From Candidatus Latescibacterota bacterium (GTDB lineage: Bacteria; Latescibacterota; UBA2968; GCA-2709665), in contig OZ250150.1 in the NCBI GenBank assembly GCA_965237675.1, positions 3,552,001 through 3,616,000 of the forward strand: 64,000 bases of DNA. Direction: 5' to 3'. This document shows, one piece after another, positions 60,653 through 64,000 of the stretch (the stretch's first letter is position 1; the number at the start of each line of letters is the position of its first letter). Both the position numbers and the translations under genes were made by a program. The notes below the pieces were generated by a model that was not told where the DNA came from, searched no databases, and worked only from the letters and a program-made list of their open reading frames with translations.

Positions 60653-61909
60653 TCACTCCCCCGTGTATCCCCGCGACGCCCAGACCTTTCTGGCCAGCTT
60701 TTTCGCTTCGTCTGACGGTTCGATTTCGCCGAGAATGCTGCATGGCGGCTGTCCCGCCTTTTTGCGGGCGGGGTCGGGCGACCAGTCGTCGTCTTCGTAT
60801 CTCTTACGCACCGATTCGTCGCGGAAGTCGGGCACGTCCATGGGTGTCGAGTCGTTCAGCGCGGAACGCCACGCCTGGATACCGGCGATGCTCATGTCCA
60901 GGCCGCGATATACATCGAGATAGGGCTGCTCGCCCGTGCGGATCGCCTCGGCAAAGTGGAAGGTGGTAAAGAAGTCACCGCCGCCGTGTCCGGTACGGGT
61001 TGCACGGTTATGGTGGATGGGGAAGTCGGGCTTGTAGACCGTTTCGACCGGGACGCCCCTGCGCTTTTCCCACGGTTCGTACCAGACGCGCAGCCTCTGT
61101 TTGTCGCCGTGACGGCAGTTTTCCATCACCCCCTTGTTGCCGTGGATGCGGACGTAGTTGCCGTGACCGCGCAGCCCCCCGTGCAGAGACTTCATCACTG
61201 CATCGTTGTCCATCCGGCAGATGATTACCGCGGCGGTGTCCGAGCGCCTCATGTGAAGCGTCTGGGCGGGGTCGGTGAAATCAAAGGGGATGACAAAGCT
61301 GTTTACCCTGGTGGGCCTGGTGTCGGTGATGTACATCACCGGGGCGATGGAATGGGTGCAATAGTACGTGGCAGGGATCCAGTTGCGCCAGTGGTTACGC
61401 CCGCAACTTCGCGCCAGTTTCACTTCGGGCGGGTCCGGGTGGACGTATTCGCCCTCGCCGTACTTGAACTCACCCACGCGGCCTTGTTGATAGAGCCGTT
61501 TCATTTCCTGGTTAAAGACCATGTAGGGGTAATTCTCGGCAAACATGTAGATCTTGCCGCTTTTTTCAACCGTCCGCGCCAGGGCCACGCCTTCGCCCAG
61601 CGTGTGGCAGGCCGAGGTTTCGCTCATGACGTGCTTTCCGGCGTCGAGCGCTTTTATGGCAAACGGCGCGTGCTGGTGGAAGTAGTTCGCCAGCACGACT
61701 GCGTCCATGTCGCAGCCAAGAAATTCGTCGTAATCGACGTAGGTCCGTACATTCAGCGCCTCGCCTTCTGCGATCAGTCGCTCTTCCCAGGTGTCGCAGA
61801 TGGCAACCAGTTCCATGCCGGTCGCGCCGGCCGCCCGCGTAAAGGAACGGCCCCGGCCGACGCCGACCACGCCGATCCGGATACGCTGATTGCCGCGCTT
61901 TCTGGCCAT
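60653..61909 (-). CDS. Gfo/Idh/MocA-family oxidoreductase
   Basis: IGVVGVGRG, KHVMSET, AENY, YYCTHS and GHGGGDF. Confidence 0.88.
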   Translation of the reverse strand: MARKRGNQRIRIGVVGVGRGRSFTRAAGATGMELVAICDTWEERLIAEGEALNVRTYVDYDEFLGCDMDAVVLANYFHQHAPFAIKALDAGKHVMSETSACHTLGEGVALARTVEKSGKIYMFAENYPYMVFNQEMKRLYQQGRVGEFKYGEGEYVHPDPPEVKLARSCGRNHWRNWIPATYYCTHSIAPVMYITDTRPTRVNSFVIPFDFTDPAQTLHMRRSDTAAVIICRMDNDAVMKSLHGGLRGHGNYVRIHGNKGVMENCRHGDKQRLRVWYEPWEKRRGVPVETVYKPDFPIHHNRATRTGHGGGDFFTTFHFAEAIRTGEQPYLDVYRGLDMSIAGIQAWRSALNDSTPMDVPDFRDESVRKRYEDDDWSPDPARKKAGQPPCSILGEIEPSDEAKKLARKVWASRGYTGE

Positions 61910-62297
61910 GATTCAACCCCTTGTAGTGTGGATTGGCAGATTCGTGAGTCCTGCGGAAACGCGATGGACAGACACCGAATGACAGTGGCGAATACCACCT
62001 GGTCAAAGGGTGTGGAATTCGACTCGTTCCGGGCGCCGATATTCAATTGGACCCTCGGGAAGATCATTCAGACTGTCGCTCTTGACCGGAAATCTACGAC
62101 GCCGCCTCATCTGTCGCAAACATGCTTCGACCTGTTTCTCTCGCGATAAATGCGGAGCGGATCTGCTTCCCCGCCTTTGGGGTGGAAGCCGGCAACAGCT
62201 AACGCCATTGTGCTCGTGACGCTCCCGATACCAGTTTCAGCATATCGAACCGGCGGCTGTACCGCCGCCCGATACGTTTCACAAAACAGGCGCAGAG

Positions 62298-62789
62298 TTG
62301 ACTTCCGATACTCCCATTGACTTGCAACAGTGCCAGGCCGAACACCTTGCCGTGTTGCAAGGCTGGTTTCAGGATGGGGAACTCAAACGACGGGTCGACC
62401 CACCGAGCCGGCGATATCTCGACTATGTCGAGTCGACCCCTCGCCAATACGCCTGTGTCGCATACGAAAGGGATGTCACCGTCGGATTCATTGTCTTCGG
62501 GCTCGAGGAGGAGGGACCGGCGAGCTTGATGTTTTTCGTGCGGCCCGACCTGCGGGGCCAGGGCTACGGAAAGCGTATCCTGGCGACGGCGCTTGCCGTT
62601 CCCGAGGTTGCCGATATCGGCGAGTGGATAGTGGGAGTGGAGCCCGACAACATCGCCAGTCGCCAGTGTCTGGAGGCGATAGGTTTTACCGAACAGGGTG
62701 TCGACCCGGAGTGGCCCGAATTCTTGAGATACGTCTACCTGAGAGACATTTCCCCGAATGCAACGGGAACGGCAGGACGAGCCCCGTGA
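62298..62789 (+). CDS. GNAT-family N-acetyltransferase
   Basis: V.PDLRGQGYG acetyl-CoA motif and NIAS..CLEAIGF; TTG start uncertain. Confidence 0.82.
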   Translation: MTSDTPIDLQQCQAEHLAVLQGWFQDGELKRRVDPPSRRYLDYVESTPRQYACVAYERDVTVGFIVFGLEEEGPASLMFFVRPDLRGQGYGKRILATALAVPEVADIGEWIVGVEPDNIASRQCLEAIGFTEQGVDPEWPEFLRYVYLRDISPNATGTAGRAP

Positions 62790-62889
62790 CGATCCAAGGA
62801 ATCGAGGGCGGCCCAGGTGGCAGTAAACAGGCAAGACTGGGTTCGGACGCCGTATCGTACTTTCAAGACCTTACCGGAGGCAAATCAAG

Positions 62890-63708
62890 TTGGAAACCAG
62901 ATCGGAATCAGAAAACAGACTGTCATCAGCGAAACGTTATTTCTTCGACGTCAACGGCTACGTCATGCTTCAAGGTGTTTTCAGTCCGGCGGAGTGCCGC
63001 CGTTTCATCGATCTCGCAGACCGGATGGACGCTGACGACCTGTGTGCATACAAGCACGACGGGTATCCGAAGACACCGGCGCTCACGGTTCTCTCTCGAT
63101 GCGCCTGGTATCGTCCCTATCTGCTGGAAACGGCGATGCACCCGATCCTGTTACCGATCATTCGGGATGTGGTCGGAGGTGAGGTGCGCCTCGAGGAGCA
63201 TCAATACCTCATCAACTATCCGAATGAGACGGAAGACGAAATCGTCCCGCGCACATCCCACGTCGCGGATGAAGGCTGGCACCGTGGCATCGCCCCGAAT
63301 GTCGGCAGTTTTGAAGCGGATGAGCACTATCACTGTATGTTCAGCAAAGCCTTCATCTACCTGACCGACAACGGTCCGGGGGAGGGCACATGGGTGGTGC
63401 CGGGAAGCCATCGCATGAACATGCCCACGGGGACGTTGCGCGAATTCATGGACGAGGCCCTGGCGCGGCAACTGCAATCCCGGGCCGGAGATGTGCTCAT
63501 CTTGAGCGAAACGCTGATACACGCCGGTCCCAGACTGAGAGCCGCCGCGCCGCCGCGCTATTCGCTGGTCTACGGATACACGGCGCCGTTCATGCAGACG
63601 TGGGGTCGCTATGACCCTCCGGCCGATCTGCTGGAACGGGTGACGCCGGAACAGCGGCGCCTTCTGACGGGTGAACTCCGATACGGATTCCGCCGAGGGC
63701 AATTCTGA
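62890..63708 (+). CDS. PhyH-family Fe(II)/2-oxoglutarate enzyme with HxG motif
   Basis: FDVNGYVML, YLTD, VVPGSH, AGDVLI..LIHAG..R; WHRG instead of WHxD; GGAGG RBS with TTG start. Confidence 0.85.
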   Translation: METRSESENRLSSAKRYFFDVNGYVMLQGVFSPAECRRFIDLADRMDADDLCAYKHDGYPKTPALTVLSRCAWYRPYLLETAMHPILLPIIRDVVGGEVRLEEHQYLINYPNETEDEIVPRTSHVADEGWHRGIAPNVGSFEADEHYHCMFSKAFIYLTDNGPGEGTWVVPGSHRMNMPTGTLREFMDEALARQLQSRAGDVLILSETLIHAGPRLRAAAPPRYSLVYGYTAPFMQTWGRYDPPADLLERVTPEQRRLLTGELRYGFRRGQF

Positions 63709-64000
63709 GGTTCGACGAAAACCCCCATGCATGCGGCTACCGATGTCGTGGCGGTCCGGACCCGGAGCACCAGGATTGCCTGACGCTCGTTGTTTCTCAA
63801 CTTCAGGAGTCTTCGAGGGTTTCACAGAACCCCACCGAGGTGTTACAAACGGCAGATCGGACTCTTTTCGTGCCACGCCTGACAGGATGAGCCATACCAC
63901 CGGCAGATGAGTCGTTCGATCATCACACTGAATGCGCTTTGCGTCCATATGCCACAGTATATTGCCGTTCGACCCGGCCGCTGGCCAGCAGGGTCCCGAT

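Noticed and set aside
60956-62149. 397-aa plus-strand ORF
   Set aside because: Antisense shadow of the Gfo/Idh/MocA gene.

Overview
GC-rich bacterial chromosomal window. Its gene content (many Gfo/Idh/MocA and xylose-isomerase-like enzymes, DUF1080, sulfatase, a PhyH dioxygenase, WD40/cohesin/dockerin and FN3/Calx-beta surface proteins) resembles Latescibacterota/Gemmatimonadota/Poribacteria-type marine, possibly sponge-associated, genomes; this is inference only. Layout: coaX end; sugar-catabolic enzymes; a LolA-like/2x FtsX-permease/ATPase/outer-membrane module; dipeptidase; enolase-family dehydratase; an OSGIN-like flavoprotein; an aminotransferase operon; a ~5 kb lower-GC island between 58-bp direct repeats, carrying a metalloprotease-WD40-cohesin-dockerin gene split by an IS630; 3-keto-glycoside-type enzymes; dppABC; a stand-alone promoter with a micro-ORF and a structured ~195-nt candidate RNA; rplM-rpsI-rpsB-tsf-frr without pyrH; accessory genes with REP-like repeats; and a ~12 kb defence island (PD-(D/E)XK nuclease, RadC/JAB, UvrD fused to a Cas4-like nuclease, type III Mod and Res). 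Res ends in an antitoxin-like tail coupled to a truncated VapC/PIN gene next to an IS1182. Best leads: the Res-tail/VapC guard hypothesis, the candidate ncRNA upstream of rplM, the RadC-UvrD-type III RM operon, the OSGIN-like protein and an HxG-motif PhyH enzyme. All family calls are by motif recognition; no searches were run.
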